64,000 nt of DNA from Octopus bimaculoides (GCF_001194135.2 NC_068982.1:14689071-14753070), one strand, 5' to 3'. Positions 35,955 to 48,961 are shown, numbered from the stretch's first letter. Notes: generated by a model from the letters alone, not told the origin. Numbers and translations: made by a program.

Positions 35955-36780
35955 TAGTGCTACTTTGGTGTGTGATCTGAAAGGGAGGTTACTTTAGGTT
36001 ACTTTTTAGTTTACTTTTCAATTTCTAAAAACCCGTAAGATGTTATGTAAAGATTTTTACAATGTGATCAGTGATGAGATGAAGGCAATTGCATTTTTAC
36101 AAGAAACCAGCACTAAATTCACATCATTTCTTAAGAAAAAGAAAGGTGCCACTTTGGCGTGTGATCTACAATTTAAAGGGAGATTACTTTAGGTTACTTT
36201 TTAGTTTACTTTGTGTTAGTGCTGCTTTCCGTGTGATCTATGTGAACAAATTTACTTTGGTGGGTGATCTACACGTTTATTTTAATTATTATATGGTTTT
36301 CTTATTATTAAAATAGTAAGAACAATTGCAGCGTGGAAGGTGTTTATAAGCCATTTAAGAAACACACAAAAACCGTTAGATTTACTTCAACATTTAAATT
36401 TAATTTGCCAAAATATATTTGTCACTTTGAGACCGCGACCTGTTCACTGACAAAATTTCGTGCTGCATCCGAGAATTTTGTCAGTGAATAGGTCGCGGTC
36501 TCAAAGCGACGAAAATATTTTGGCAAATTAAATTTAAATGTTTAAGTGAATCTAACAGTTTTAGTGTGTTTCCTAAATGGCTTATAAACACCTTCCACAC
36601 TGCAATTGTTTTCGTTTCAGCACACGATCTCAGATCAGGTCACTTGCTATGCAAGTACATCTCCGTAAAATAGTAAGAATTTTGAAGAAAATACATTTAC
36701 AATGCTAACTATGTATAAAATGATTTAAAAAGTAACCTAAAGTAATCTCCCTTGTGGATCACACGCCAAAGGAGCATTGA
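35955..36780. mobile_element. MITE-like element with repeated subterminal units
   Basis: ctttgg(c/t)gtgtgatc..gggag(a/g)ttactttaggttacttttt at 35960 and 36150, inverted at 36725-36775. Confidence 0.6.
36323..36665. mobile_element. 343-bp insertion: palindrome of about 290 bp plus unique tail of about 55 bp, with 14-bp TSD
   Basis: TSD taaaatagtaagaa at 36309-36322 and 36666-36679; arms pair around the loop at about 36458-36470. Confidence 0.85.
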
Positions 36781-37446
36781 GAATAGTTAGCTGCAAGAGC
36801 ACTTGTAAAATTTATTACATTTACTGTACTGCAGTAATGCTTTTAGAAAACAAAATCAACTGTTTTAAATTACTTCTAGAGTTATGAGTCCACAATTGTG
36901 TTGGATTCAGGAGAAAGGCAAATTCATCACATTTACACTGTTAATGGCAATGAAAGAGACAACCAGGTCACACAACCTCCCCTTCCCCTTTTCTATAAAG
37001 TTGTAACTATGTGACTATAAACGAACTAAATAATTTTGAAATCAATTTTCCATTGCATATGTTACCACAGTTTAAATTGTTAGCAAAAATATGAAAACAT
37101 ATAGGGCATATATTTTGTTTCATATTTCATTGATTATTATATATAAATATAGATTTTAATTATATACACATGTATATACATTATACATATGTGCATATGT
37201 GTCTGTGCATGCATGCGTGTGTGTATATAAGTATGTATGTATGTATTAATCCAAGTAAAGAGCATTATAGATCCATTTCAGCCAATCTTACAAATCAGTT
37301 TTGCACTGGGTATTAGGTAACTGGATATTATATAAATGCACATTTAAGTAACACCAAATGCTCTCCAGAGGTGGCAGATACAGAAAAAAACATGGTGACT
37401 ACTCTCTGTTACTGGAGGTTAATTCTTAGACATAAATTCTATTTAT

Positions 37447-37493
<47 letters not shown>

Positions 37494-37686
37494 NNNNNNN
37501 NNNNNNNNNNNNNNNNNNNNNNNNNNNNNNNNNNNNNNNNNNNNNNNNNNNNNNNNNNNNNNNNNNNNNNNNNNNNNNNNNNNNNNNNNNNNNNNNNNNN
37601 NNNNNNNNNNNNNNNNNNNNNNNNNNNNNNNNNNNNNNNNNNNNNNNNNNNNNNNNNNNNNNNNNNNNNNNNNNNNNNNNNNNNNN
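37447..37686. repeat. (CA)n followed by assembly gap 37494-37686
   Basis: Directly visible. Confidence 0.95.
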
Positions 37687-37958
37687 GTTGTTTTACTCAG
37701 TCAGGGTTGAACAGGAGTTTAACAATAACAAAAATATGAGAGCCCAAAAAAGGTTTTATGTGTTTAAATGTATAAAAGATGCGTTTTTAATGTTTTATCC
37801 AGTTGCATGGTATTAATGGATCTTCAAATAAACATTTCTTCGCTTCAAATCTATCTCAATTTAGGGGCTCTTGTGGGCTTGGAGGTATATTCCAACCAAT
37901 CAGTTCAGCCTAAACTCATCTCCAATAGACATACATTCATATAACACATGCACACATG

Positions 37959-38008
<50 letters not shown>

Positions 38009-39529
38009 GATTAATTGATAAGGGAAATTAACTTTCAATAACAGTCCATTTTGTTGTGAATAGAAAGCATGAAAGAGATATAGTTCACTGTTGAGAGAGA
38101 GAGAGAGAGAGTGGGGAGACATAGAAAAACAGACAGATAGACAGAGACAGACAGGCAGGTGACTGTTGAAATTTTAGTTTGTAATGTTAAACTCAAATCC
38201 TCCAGAGGGCCAAGGGGAGATAACAGAGAAGCTCCAATTGAGTATCAGCATCCATCTTTGAATTACCACAATGCAACAGTGTTGCCTCAGCAACTAAAAG
38301 ACATTATATTTATATTTGAATACATAAATATAAAGAAGAAGAAAAATTAGCAAGCACATATTTTCTGTTTTCATCAAGCTTATACGCAACAGACCTGCAT
38401 AGAAGATCTGTTGTGGATTCAAATGAGATAGTTCTAAAATCTGTTTCTGAATGAAAACACAATATAATTCATTTGGGCATGAGCAATAGATATTTAGCTA
38501 ATATGGTAATGTGCAAGAATTAAAAGTGAATGATTATACACAGTTCTATCGATCAAGTCTTAGAGAAGAGTGATACTGAAATCCTTCAGAAATCAATAGC
38601 AAAACAACAAATCTTCATAGTTGATTGAGAAATTGAGTAACAGAAATAGATAAATAATATAATAAATTAATATATATTCATCCTTAACCATGTATAATTT
38701 CACCATTGGCAGTCATGCCATCCTCAAGACCATCATTTTCATCATGCTATTTGAGCATTCTTCTTTTTCCAAAACTTGTGTGTGTGTGTGTGTGTGTGTG
38801 TGCACGCACGCACGTGTGTGCACGCGCGCACGTGTGTGTGTGCGTGTGTGCATGCTTGTGTGTGAAACTGTGTGTGTGTGTATATGCATTTGTGTGCATG
38901 GATGTGTGTGTTTATGTGTGTGTGTGAGTGTCTGTCTGTCTGTGCTTATCTGTGAATATTTAGAGGTGAAAACAAGAAGACAGAGTGCTCAATACAAGAA
39001 GAGAAATTTATCTTAGAGTTCATCCAAAACTAAAGCTTTACTCCATTCATTAAATGGAATTTCATTCCAGACATACTTTCGATTATAACATGATATATTA
39101 TATATTCTAAAAATCTCAACCATTAAGAACAAGCGAAATAGACCTATCAAAAGCAATTTAGGAATGTGTTAACCATTATCATTATCTTGAATCCATAACA
39201 TAAAAATTATCATAAAATTGATATTTTATTATTGATTTTGGTTATTATGAAATATTATACAATACTGACATTTAATTAAGAACTGAGTCTGACAAGACAC
39301 AGTTCTCAATTAGTAAGGCAGCTTTGTCTGCTGGAAGACAAAGCACAATGTGCTACTCAGCCTAATAGCAATGTTACTGCTGAAAATAACTAACAATCTC
39401 ACTTATAGCAATCGTTTTTTTAGTCTCAGGGTAGCTCCAGACAAGCATGGGTTAAGTGGTCAAAGGCATTCTAGCAATGACCATCCCATCTTATTTTCAA
39501 ACATAGTGTGTCTAAGGCTGTATTATCCA

Positions 39530-39636
39530 ATGAGTCTATTGGACGATTTGACTGAGGTCCACCAGTCCTCAGTCAAATCGTCCAACCCATGCTAGTATGG
39601 AAAGCGGACGTTAAACGACGATGATGATGATGATGA
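39530..39636 (+). mobile_element. RTE-like tail with a local inverted duplication
   Basis: 19-bp perfect inverted repeat at 39539-39557 / 39567-39585, then aaagcggacgttaaacgacgatgatg. Confidence 0.75.
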
Positions 39637-39734
39637 AAAGTAAAGTGGAAACTGTTGGAATATGAGATCTGGTCCTTGGAACAAGATAAAGCTATCTGTA
39701 AGGCTTTATGAAAAAATTTGTGTTAACATATATC

Positions 39735-39913
39735 TGTGGTAAGAAGCTTGCTTCCCAACCACATGGTTCTGAGTTCAGTCCCTCTGTGTGGCACCTAGGG
39801 CAAGTGTCTTCTACTATAGACTCAGGCTGACCAGAGCTTTGTGAGTGGATTTGGTTGATGGAAACTCAAAGAAGCCCATTGTGTAATCATGCATGTGTGT
39901 GGTGTGTGTGTGT

Positions 39914-39965
<52 letters not shown>

Positions 39966-40180
39966 TGCATTTGTGTATGTGTCTTTGTATTTATCCCCCA
40001 CAACTTGGCAACTGGTGTTGGTGTGTTTACATCCCTGTAACCTAGCAGTTCAGCAAAACAGACCAATAGAATAAGTACCAGGTTTTAAAAAAGTAAGTAC
40101 TTGAGTCAATTCATTCAATTAAAATTCTTTATGGCGGTGCCCCAGCATGGCCACAGTCTAATGACTGAAACAAATAAAAA
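39735..40180 (+). mobile_element. SINE family A
   Basis: Head, (TG)n, tail. Confidence 0.85.
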
Positions 40181-40314
40181 ATATGAAAAAGCTAGTCTGG
40201 TGCTCTGCCCTTTTCTATTAATATGTCATCCTATGAACATAAATAATAACAACCAATTAGCAATTAATTAATCCAATAAAATAAGCCATCATAAGGCAAG
40301 AATATATCTTTTAT

Positions 40315-40652
40315 CCTATATCTTTTACTTGTTTTAAGTCTTTAGACTGCTGCGGCCATGCTGGAGCCTTGAAGAATTTTGGTCAAATGAATCAATCCCA
40401 GTGCTTATTTTTTTAAGCCTAGTATTCATTGTATCAACCTCTTTTGCCAAATCGCTAAGTTACCAGGACATAAATACACCAACAGTGATTATCAAGTGGT
40501 AGTGGGGAGGGGACAAACACAAACACCTACACACTCACACATATATATATATTAGTAGAAGACATTTGCACAAGGTGCCACGCTGTGGGACTGAACCTGG
40601 AACCATGTGATTGGGAAGCAAGCTTTTTTACCACTCAATCACACCTGCACCT
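40315..40652 (-). mobile_element. SINE family A (inverted, tail-to-tail with the previous copy)
   Basis: Tail and head motifs, internal deletion. Confidence 0.8.
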
Positions 40653-41229
40653 ACAGAATATATCTATTTCTGTCATGTAAGTTGTAACTTAATCCCTAAA
40701 TTATGTCCATTTCTAGATAAAGATTACTATGAATGAACATATCTATGAAATTTTTATTTTTAGTACACGTGTGTACTTTCTGTAAACCAGTGTACTAAAA
40801 GTAATTTCTTCTAAGCAGGTATGAAGACTTAAAATCCATTAAGGGAAGGTGAAATGTAAGATATTACAGTAACATTCTTCCTTTTTCTTTTCTTTTTTTA
40901 TCATCAAAGACAAGTACAGGGATTAAAAAATAGTTCCAACAGGAAACTGGAGCCAAAGTTAGAAACAAAATTTCCTGGAAGTTTATCATCTGTGAGAAAC
41001 TTAAAATATTTATGCATGAGCAAACACCAGAGCCTCTATGCAGTAACCTAATTTGCAAGAAACAGCTGTCAAATTCACTCAATTCATATACTTCTGTCTT
41101 TAAAAAGATGGGATATTCATGGCATGAATGCTTCTAATCAAAGTTTTCCTTAATTAGGGCTGGCCTGGAGTTAAATGACAATAATTATAATAAATATTTA
41201 CAGAAGCTAACATTATTATTACACATATA

Positions 41230-41391
41230 CTGTATTTTAACATGTATAAGAAACCCTCTAATTTTGAGGGCTTAAAATTTGTAAAAAAGGTTTTGTAAGG
41301 GATTATTATACTATCCACGTATAAGAAACTCCCATATTTTTTTTATCTAATTTTTGACAAAAAAGGGTTCCTCATACACGCTAAAATACAG
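41230..41391. mobile_element. pogo/Tc1-mariner-type MITE, 162 bp
   Basis: TIRs ctgtattttaacatgtataagaaaccc / gggttcctcatacacgctaaaatacag; TA at 41228-41229 and 41392-41393. Confidence 0.85.
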
Positions 41392-42057
41392 TATATCTTC
41401 ATCATCATTTAACATCTGCTTTCCACGTTGGCAAGGTTTCGATGGTTTGACAGGAGAAGCTGGCTCAGCAGAAGACTGCACCATGCTTTGCCATCTGTTT
41501 GCGCTGTCTGCGTTTCACATGGTCAGCTGTATGTTGGATGTTCTAGAGTTGGAGATGAACAGAACCTCTACATTCTCAGTGATAAACATGGCAAGACAGA
41601 AAACACAGTATATGAAGAAGCACTTACATGAATAGTATGTCCATGTCATATATAGAAGTGGAAAACCATTGAGTGTTAAAGTAAGTATTACTATTACACT
41701 TTCACTTTTCGACTGACGTGCGTGAATGTATATCTGTGTGTATAAAACTGAAACAATAACATGGTATATTCGCTGTCTGTTTGTGTGTGTATTCTACGCA
41801 TGGCCTTTCATTGTTTATAATCTATACCTGTTTTTTCATTACGAAATAAGTCAGACAAAACATGATTTTGAATTACATGTATTTACTTTATAGATATATA
41901 TGAGTTGAAAACTTTCTTTTCACATTTCACTTAACGTCTATGTTCCTTGCTGGCATGGGTTGGAGAGTTATTAGTGTAGAAAGTTGGTATCTCAGCTACT
42001 AGCAGTTGAGACCTGTGTAATCTAGACAGCGTTTATAAATTTCATTAGTTTCTTTAA

Positions 42058-42086
42058 CCCAGGCAACGCTGGGTATTTCTGCTAGT
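42058..42086 (+). mobile_element. Helitron 3' terminus
   Basis: Hairpin acccag-gcaacg-ctgggt followed by CTAG|T. Confidence 0.6.
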
Positions 42087-44954
42087 CTAATATATAAAGA
42101 AGAGATGAGTTTGTGTATTCGCTTTTATGAACCAAAGGACATAGTGGAAGGTGGAAATGAATCCTAAACCATAGGGTTACAAAGCTAACTTCGTAAACCA
42201 CACATTCACACCTACCTTTATTTATGGCTGCTCTTAAACAATCAATGAATACGAAGGATTAAAACTGCGAGGTTTGAACTAAGAAATCTATAGCTGCTTA
42301 TTGATTGTAAAAGTTTATAATTATCGGATAACTTGCAAGCCTTATTCTTGCATGGAAGAAAAGATTAAAATAATATCAAAGAACCTGAAACTTAGGGGTA
42401 ATCATTTGAAACGATACTGTTTTAAGAGTTTAATATCAATAATGCTTTTCAAACAGACAATACTAGCAGTCAAACATCTGTTGAAATGTAACTTAGTTTC
42501 TTCATTTGCAAATTTGATATTAATACATGAACATCTAGAGGTTGTTGTTGTTGAAGCTGTCGTTTAGTGCTAATCAATGTCTGTTATGAAAAAGAGCATT
42601 CCGACCATGACCTTCTTGTCTTTTTAAGTCTATGAGTGATTACATTATCTAATATGTTCTTTTTCTACTATGACAGAGTGTGATTTTAAAAGAGATTTGT
42701 CTGACGTTTCTCATAGATTGGGCGATCAAGTTGAGGTTTACTCATTGGTGTATAGAAATAATAGTCAAAGTCTTCCTCTTCTGACACTGCATTTCACAAG
42801 ATCTACATATATGATATGTCTAATTGTTCAATTTTAACAAGGTAGCCTCTACAGGGTCATTCAGCTTGCTAAAAACAGCAGCCAATTCTCATTCAAATAA
42901 CACACTAGCCTCTTCCATAAAGAAAGATATGCTAGACTATGTAGCCCCTAATAGGCTAAAAGACTGGATGGTCACAGCTGGAATTCCTTTAATCCTACAT
43001 CTACTAAGCCAGAACTTACCCACAACTAAACAATAACTTACTACATGTAAAATTAAGCATTAATTTAATTAACCTCATTCAATCAGCCCTCAGTCTAAGA
43101 GCGATTAAAAAGACTGTTCACTACCTTCGTCCATTGATTACTAATGAAAAGAATTAAATAGAAGGATGTTAACACAATATTCCCATTTCTACCTCAACGG
43201 CCATCTCTACTCCTTAGAGTTGGCTAGTTTTGTAACACCTCCAATTAGGTACCCTGACTCACTCATCTTCTTACTCATCTCTAATCCTCTTGCTATCTAT
43301 ATTGTGTCAATCACTCGAGGTTTTATACTCACCACTTTGACTAACCTTTACTTCTTAAAACATTAACCCTCTAGAATTCCTTCCCTGCATATTTTTCCTG
43401 CAGCTGTCAGCTTACAACTGTCTAAGAACAACATTAATTGTATTGATCTCACCAAACCAAACTAATAAAAACAAAATATATAACAAATACCATAGAAACA
43501 GCTTCTGCTCCTTTCATTAACTTGTAAAAAAAATATTATTAACAATTAAATCGTTAACTTATCATTCGTCTTTTTTGCTTCACTCACCCACTCTCTTCAT
43601 TTTATTTTTTGAACGGACATATAACAAGCTTTTTGTTAATAATGTCACACAATATTACTTGCTTTTTTCTTTTAATTTTTGTTTCTATTTTACATATACA
43701 TCTTTCTCATATTTTCTGAATATGTCTGATAGTTATGAAAAGCAAAACTATTTTTGTTAAGCATAACTAAAAGCGGCGTCCACAAAAGATCGACTCCAAT
43801 ATCACATAATCAATGTTATATGGAAATATATAAAAGGAAATTGTAAGATAATGGTTGTAATAGAGCAAATTATATTCAGAAAAAAGAGATAAACTATGTA
43901 AAAATGGTTCAAAACATATTGTATGCCATAAGAACGAAGTGAAGTCTAACATTTCTGACAGAATACTTGATCAGAAAGAGAATGGGTCTACTTGAAACAT
44001 TAAACTTCTTTTCTTCCTCATCACATAAACTATATTGCATTGTTTGAACTATTTGTATTGCCATTTGTTGATGTAAAACACTATGAGTTTCCTCAAATTT
44101 TACTGCAACACAACATGAAGATGCATTGTCAGTTGAGAATAAGTAAGTGCAAAAATATTCTGATAAAAGCTGTGGAAAATAAAATGAACAAGAAATATCA
44201 AGAATAAAAATATTGTATGATTTACAACATAATTATTATGAAAATAGTCATCATAGTTTTAGAGGAGAGAACTGAGCATTTGAAGTCAAAAAGATCAATT
44301 CAGTTGCAAATTTTTTATCAGATTATAACAGATTTTTCATACAGTAATTCACATAATTCTTTAGAAAATATATTATATTGATAGTAACTGCTTGGAATAT
44401 TCCCGTAAAGAAGGAAATTCAGAAATTAGAATAGATTTACAAGATCTACAAAATATACTTCCAACATGAGTTTATCTTATAGTACATGACATTTTTTTCT
44501 CAGTGCATGTATTGACAGCTGTAATAGACAAAAAAATTTCTTTGCTGTTTACTAACCAAAACTATTTTTGTATTTCAAGAAAATTCAATGACAACATGAA
44601 AGAAAATACAAATTCATTTTTATTCTCATGTAATTTCTGGATATAATTCTCTCCTATAATGCATTGGGATATCTCATGCAACAGTGTGTAATATATATAA
44701 ATGGGTAGGTGTAGTTGAACAGATAGAATAATCGCAATTCTAGCTTTATTGCAATGGAAAGAAATTTTTCTATTTTATTATGTGCTTAGCAATTGTGCAC
44801 TTACTAAATGAAACAGCAATTTTTAGAGTTTATCTCTTCAGATTCTTATAAACACTAGAAACATCAACAAATAAACATGAGGTATGCACCTAACTTGTGC
44901 TTACCTGTTCATATTATAAAATACACAAACTAGCACTCTGTCAGTTATGCTGAT

Positions 44955-45245
44955 AAGGGCTCCACTTGGTCTGATCAATGGAACAGCCTGCTCATGAAAT
45001 TAACACGAAAGTGGCTGAGTACTCCACAGACTTAATGTAGTTCTCTGGGAAATTCAGTGGGTTACAGAATGTGACAAGGATGGCTCTTTGAATTTACAGG
45101 TACAACTCGTTTTTGCCAGCAGAGCAAACTAGAGCAATTTGAAATAAAGTGTCTTGCTCAAGGACATAACGTATCTCCAGGAATTGAACTCATGACCTTA
45201 TGATCATGAGCCAAATACCCCTAACCACTAAGCCACATGCTTTCA
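44955..45245 (-). mobile_element. SINE family D (long-tail variant)
   Basis: ggaacagcctgctcatgaaattaac..gtgtcttgctcaaggaca..ctaaccactaagccac. Confidence 0.8.
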
Positions 45246-46982
45246 CTCTAAAATATAGTTCAGGCTCAGTTTATGGTACCCTAATATCCTAAAGTCAACA
45301 AGATTTGAATATCTTTTAAAAAAAATGTATTCAACATTTACCCAGTATTTCTTTTTTTTTTTTTTATTGTTTCATTGTTTGGACTGTGGACATCCAGGGG
45401 TACCACATTCAAGAGTTTTAGTCAATTATATCAAGCAAAGTACTTATTTTATTAATATTATAAGTGATGAATTGCTAAGCCCTCATTTATGTACAGGAAC
45501 ATACCATAAAGATTTTTTCTTTTTACACATTTTTTGGCTTTTGCCATTTCAGTTATGTGATGGACTTCTGCATACAATTTAGCAACCAAATTTCATAGAC
45601 AATACCTTAGTCAGCCTTGTGAATGAAGATAGAAGTATAGAGGATATAAGCCAAACCTGTGTGGTTACAGAACAAACTTTTTAAGCAAATAATCATATCT
45701 GGGAAAAGATATGCTCCGTGATGACTTGTTTTAATCTTCAGTACTTTTATAAGTCTGTGGTTGTTAGATCAAAGTATAGTAAAAAATGTACACTGTATCA
45801 AGAAAACACAGAACACCTTTGTGTGGCAGGACTCTTTACTGTTATTTCTACTACTGCTTTTCTACTCTCCTTCAGTGAACAGTGTGTTAAACTGTTCCAT
45901 GGGGAGTAATAGAAACTGCTCTTATGTGTACTTTTTTCTTGTTTTTATTGCCATATAGACAGCGTATCACTCCTCTATACAACATTATTACTAACTCATT
46001 AAAACTTGAATAAACTAGTCAACCTTAGTGTTCATCAAATCATTTGAACAGAAGATTTCCACAAATGAGAATAGAATAGCAATTAACTATCAATAAAAGA
46101 ATTTCTTTCCCTTGCAAAATTAAAAGCTAGTGTAGAGAATTTAATAATGCTTTAATGCTATTTTTCAACAAGATACTAAGTTAAAACATTTTCAAATTTC
46201 CATATAATGCTTATGATTTTAACCTATTAGAATAAATTAGGATAGGATACACATCTTCAAACAAATTATTCATTCATAAGAGAAAAGATAGACTGCAAAA
46301 AGCAAGTCAGGGAAGTGGGGGAAAAATCATTCAATACAAATAAAGGAATCACAATCAATGGAAAACAATTATGAGTTAATATCAAATTGCATTTGAAAAG
46401 ATTACATAATATATAAACATAAAGCAAAGTGAAGGTGTTTCAAATAACACATCATTCTCAGGGATATAAAAGGATGTATGTCATTCATAATAGCTTTATA
46501 CCTATTTGTTTTATTATATCCATTATTAAAATGACTGGTTAAATTAATTTTCTAAATAAATATTAGAAATTTTGTGAACAAGAAGCATATGGTCTTATAA
46601 ATTCTTTATATCACTATTTTAAATGTTTCAATTAGCAATAGAGCTAATGGGGGTAATTTATTAAAAAAAAAAATAACTATACTACATAGATTAAATACTG
46701 ATGAGATTCAATTTACACTAAACACCATTAAATGTATGTAATTTAAGATAGCATTTCTTTCAAAGAACATTTCAACATATTACTATCAATGAGTTCCACC
46801 GCTTCTGATTGTAGAGAAAACAGTAACTTATTTTGATTCCATATTAAAATGCTACATTGCTGATGTAACTTATGTTTGAATAGCCTACCTCAAAACTAAT
46901 AAAGTAAACTATAATCTAAACTCTAAATACATAAGCAATAATAAATCTCTGAACGAAATATAAACAGTAGCTGCACAACAAC

Positions 46983-47079
46983 GTGAAGTATATTTGCCAC
47001 TTAAATGCGGCTAACCACTAAGCTACAGTAGCATTCACCTTTAGTGGTTAACCGTATTTAAGTGGCAAATATACTTCAC
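46983..47079. repeat. Near-perfect hairpin, arms of about 40 bp and 17-nt loop
   Basis: gtgaagtatatttgccacttaaatgcggctaaccactaag versus tttagtggttaaccgtatttaagtggcaaatatacttcac. Confidence 0.9.
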
Positions 47080-47777
47080 ATCTAAATACATAATTATTCT
47101 CAAAAATATTTACAACGTCTTGAGTTTTTTAAAATTCTGATCACTGTGTAAAATTACTGTTACATAGCAATTTAAGATCAAAAATGATTAGAAGCAAACT
47201 TTTGCTCAAAGATTCTTTGGAACATAAGCAAATTAATTTACTCTTTTTTTTTTTACTTAGTTCTTGCAGGTAATATGATTCCAAAATTTGAAATATTCCA
47301 GCTACTATAGAAACGTCCATGAAATATCCTTGGCTAAAATTGAAGGGAAAATATATTGCAATAGTTATTTTATTTTTGCATCTATGTTTTCAGACTAAAA
47401 TATTTCAAGATTCAGAACTAGATGGTACCATGAATACCTGCAACCATTAGTGGGACAGCCTTATAGAAAAAGGCATGTATTCTGATGTACATGTTCTATT
47501 TTAACATCAGATATTATTATTATTATTATTATTATTATTTTAATCAGCATGGTTAGTTTATGTATTTTACTAACAAGATAATTTATATTATAATATACAT
47601 TTGAATTGTACATAATTAGAGGATTTGAAAATAATTGATTAAGTTTAAAAGAAATTTCATTTAATTTGTCCAATTTAAAATTTCTTTGAGAAAACAAATA
47701 GTTCAGCAGAAATCATTCATTTCATACATCAAGGAGCAAACAATATAAAAGAAAAAAAAAAAAGAGAAGTGCACTTG

Positions 47778-47820
<43 letters not shown>

Positions 47821-48758
47821 GATTAATATTGTATTAATATTTTTCAAAAGTAGAAAGGGGAAACAGATGATTATCTGTGACGCAAATTTCAAAAAAAATA
47901 AATAAATAAAGGAAATATATATTGTAACAAGGAGCAATTAAGTAACTAATCAATATAAAGGCAATATATATTTTATATATTACATATATTTTTTCTACAT
48001 GTAAACTTACCCAATTCTTCATATTGAGTGTAAGATATTAAACAAGTTATTTAATATTTATAGTCATAAAAAAAAAAAATTACAATTTCATTTGCTATAA
48101 AATCAATAACCGAAACTTTCTAATCAGCAATACAAACATGTATTGAGCAAAATTTTTACAAAAACTAGTTTTTGAAATTTGCTGAAAATTTAGTAAATTA
48201 AGTATAAGAATGTTCAAATGCATGCCATATTAAAATTAAAAGTAATAACGAGTGTTCATCTACATGCCAAGAAAATGTTATTCAACCAAATTGAAAATTT
48301 TTAGATGTTTTGTATCATTAAATAAAAAGTTGTTTCAGAGAAAAATCGGATCAACGCACTTGAGATAGTTCATACTTATTTACTCATTCTGGTTCCATTC
48401 ACATATGAATCTGTTTTCTTACAGATTGAAGATAATTGATAGCGACAGAAACAGTATTAATACCATTAGGTAACATTTATCTTCCACTGAACATGTGTGT
48501 GTGTGTGTCCTCTCATGGTAAATAACAGAGGATTCTGTGTTCTAACGCAACATTGACATCCAGTGAGAGAGAAATATTACCTTTTGGTATACTGCTTCTG
48601 TCGCTATTAATTACTTTTTAATGAGCCCACAGGCTATTTACAACACCTGTGCCTGAATAGGCACTGAAATTCTATATATTGTTAATGGAGGAACTGGCTA
48701 CTATATCTTTGCAGGATATCTATCATTGACAAGCCTAAGGAAAGGTGAAATCACATTT

Positions 48759-48792
<34 letters not shown>

Positions 48793-48795
<3 letters not shown>

Positions 48796-48961
48796 TCATC
48801 ATCATCATCATTTAACGTCCGCTTTCCATGCTAGCATGGAAAGCAGATGTTAAATGATNNNNNNNNNNTATATATATATATATATATATCATCATCATCA
48901 TCATCATTTAACGTCCGCTTTCCATGCTAGCATGGAAAGCAGATGTTAAATGATGATGATG
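48793..48961. repeat. Palindromic fusion of two RTE-like tails, present twice across a 10-N gap
   Basis: atcatttaacgtccgctttccatgctagcatggaaagcagatgttaaatgat, centred on catgctagcatg. Confidence 0.8.

Noticed and set aside
35955-36270. Repeated gtgtgatcta units as a CRISPR-like array
   Set aside because: Degenerate subterminal MITE repeats with irregular spacing in a eukaryotic context and no cas genes.
43020-43025. Possible 6-nt microexon (tttag|TTGTGG|gtaagt) on the minus strand
   Set aside because: Expected by chance in 40 kb of AT-rich DNA; no independent support.
48781-48961. True tandem duplication of the palindromic RTE tail
   Set aside because: Identical copies straddle a 10-N scaffold gap, so the duplication is most likely overlapping contig ends.
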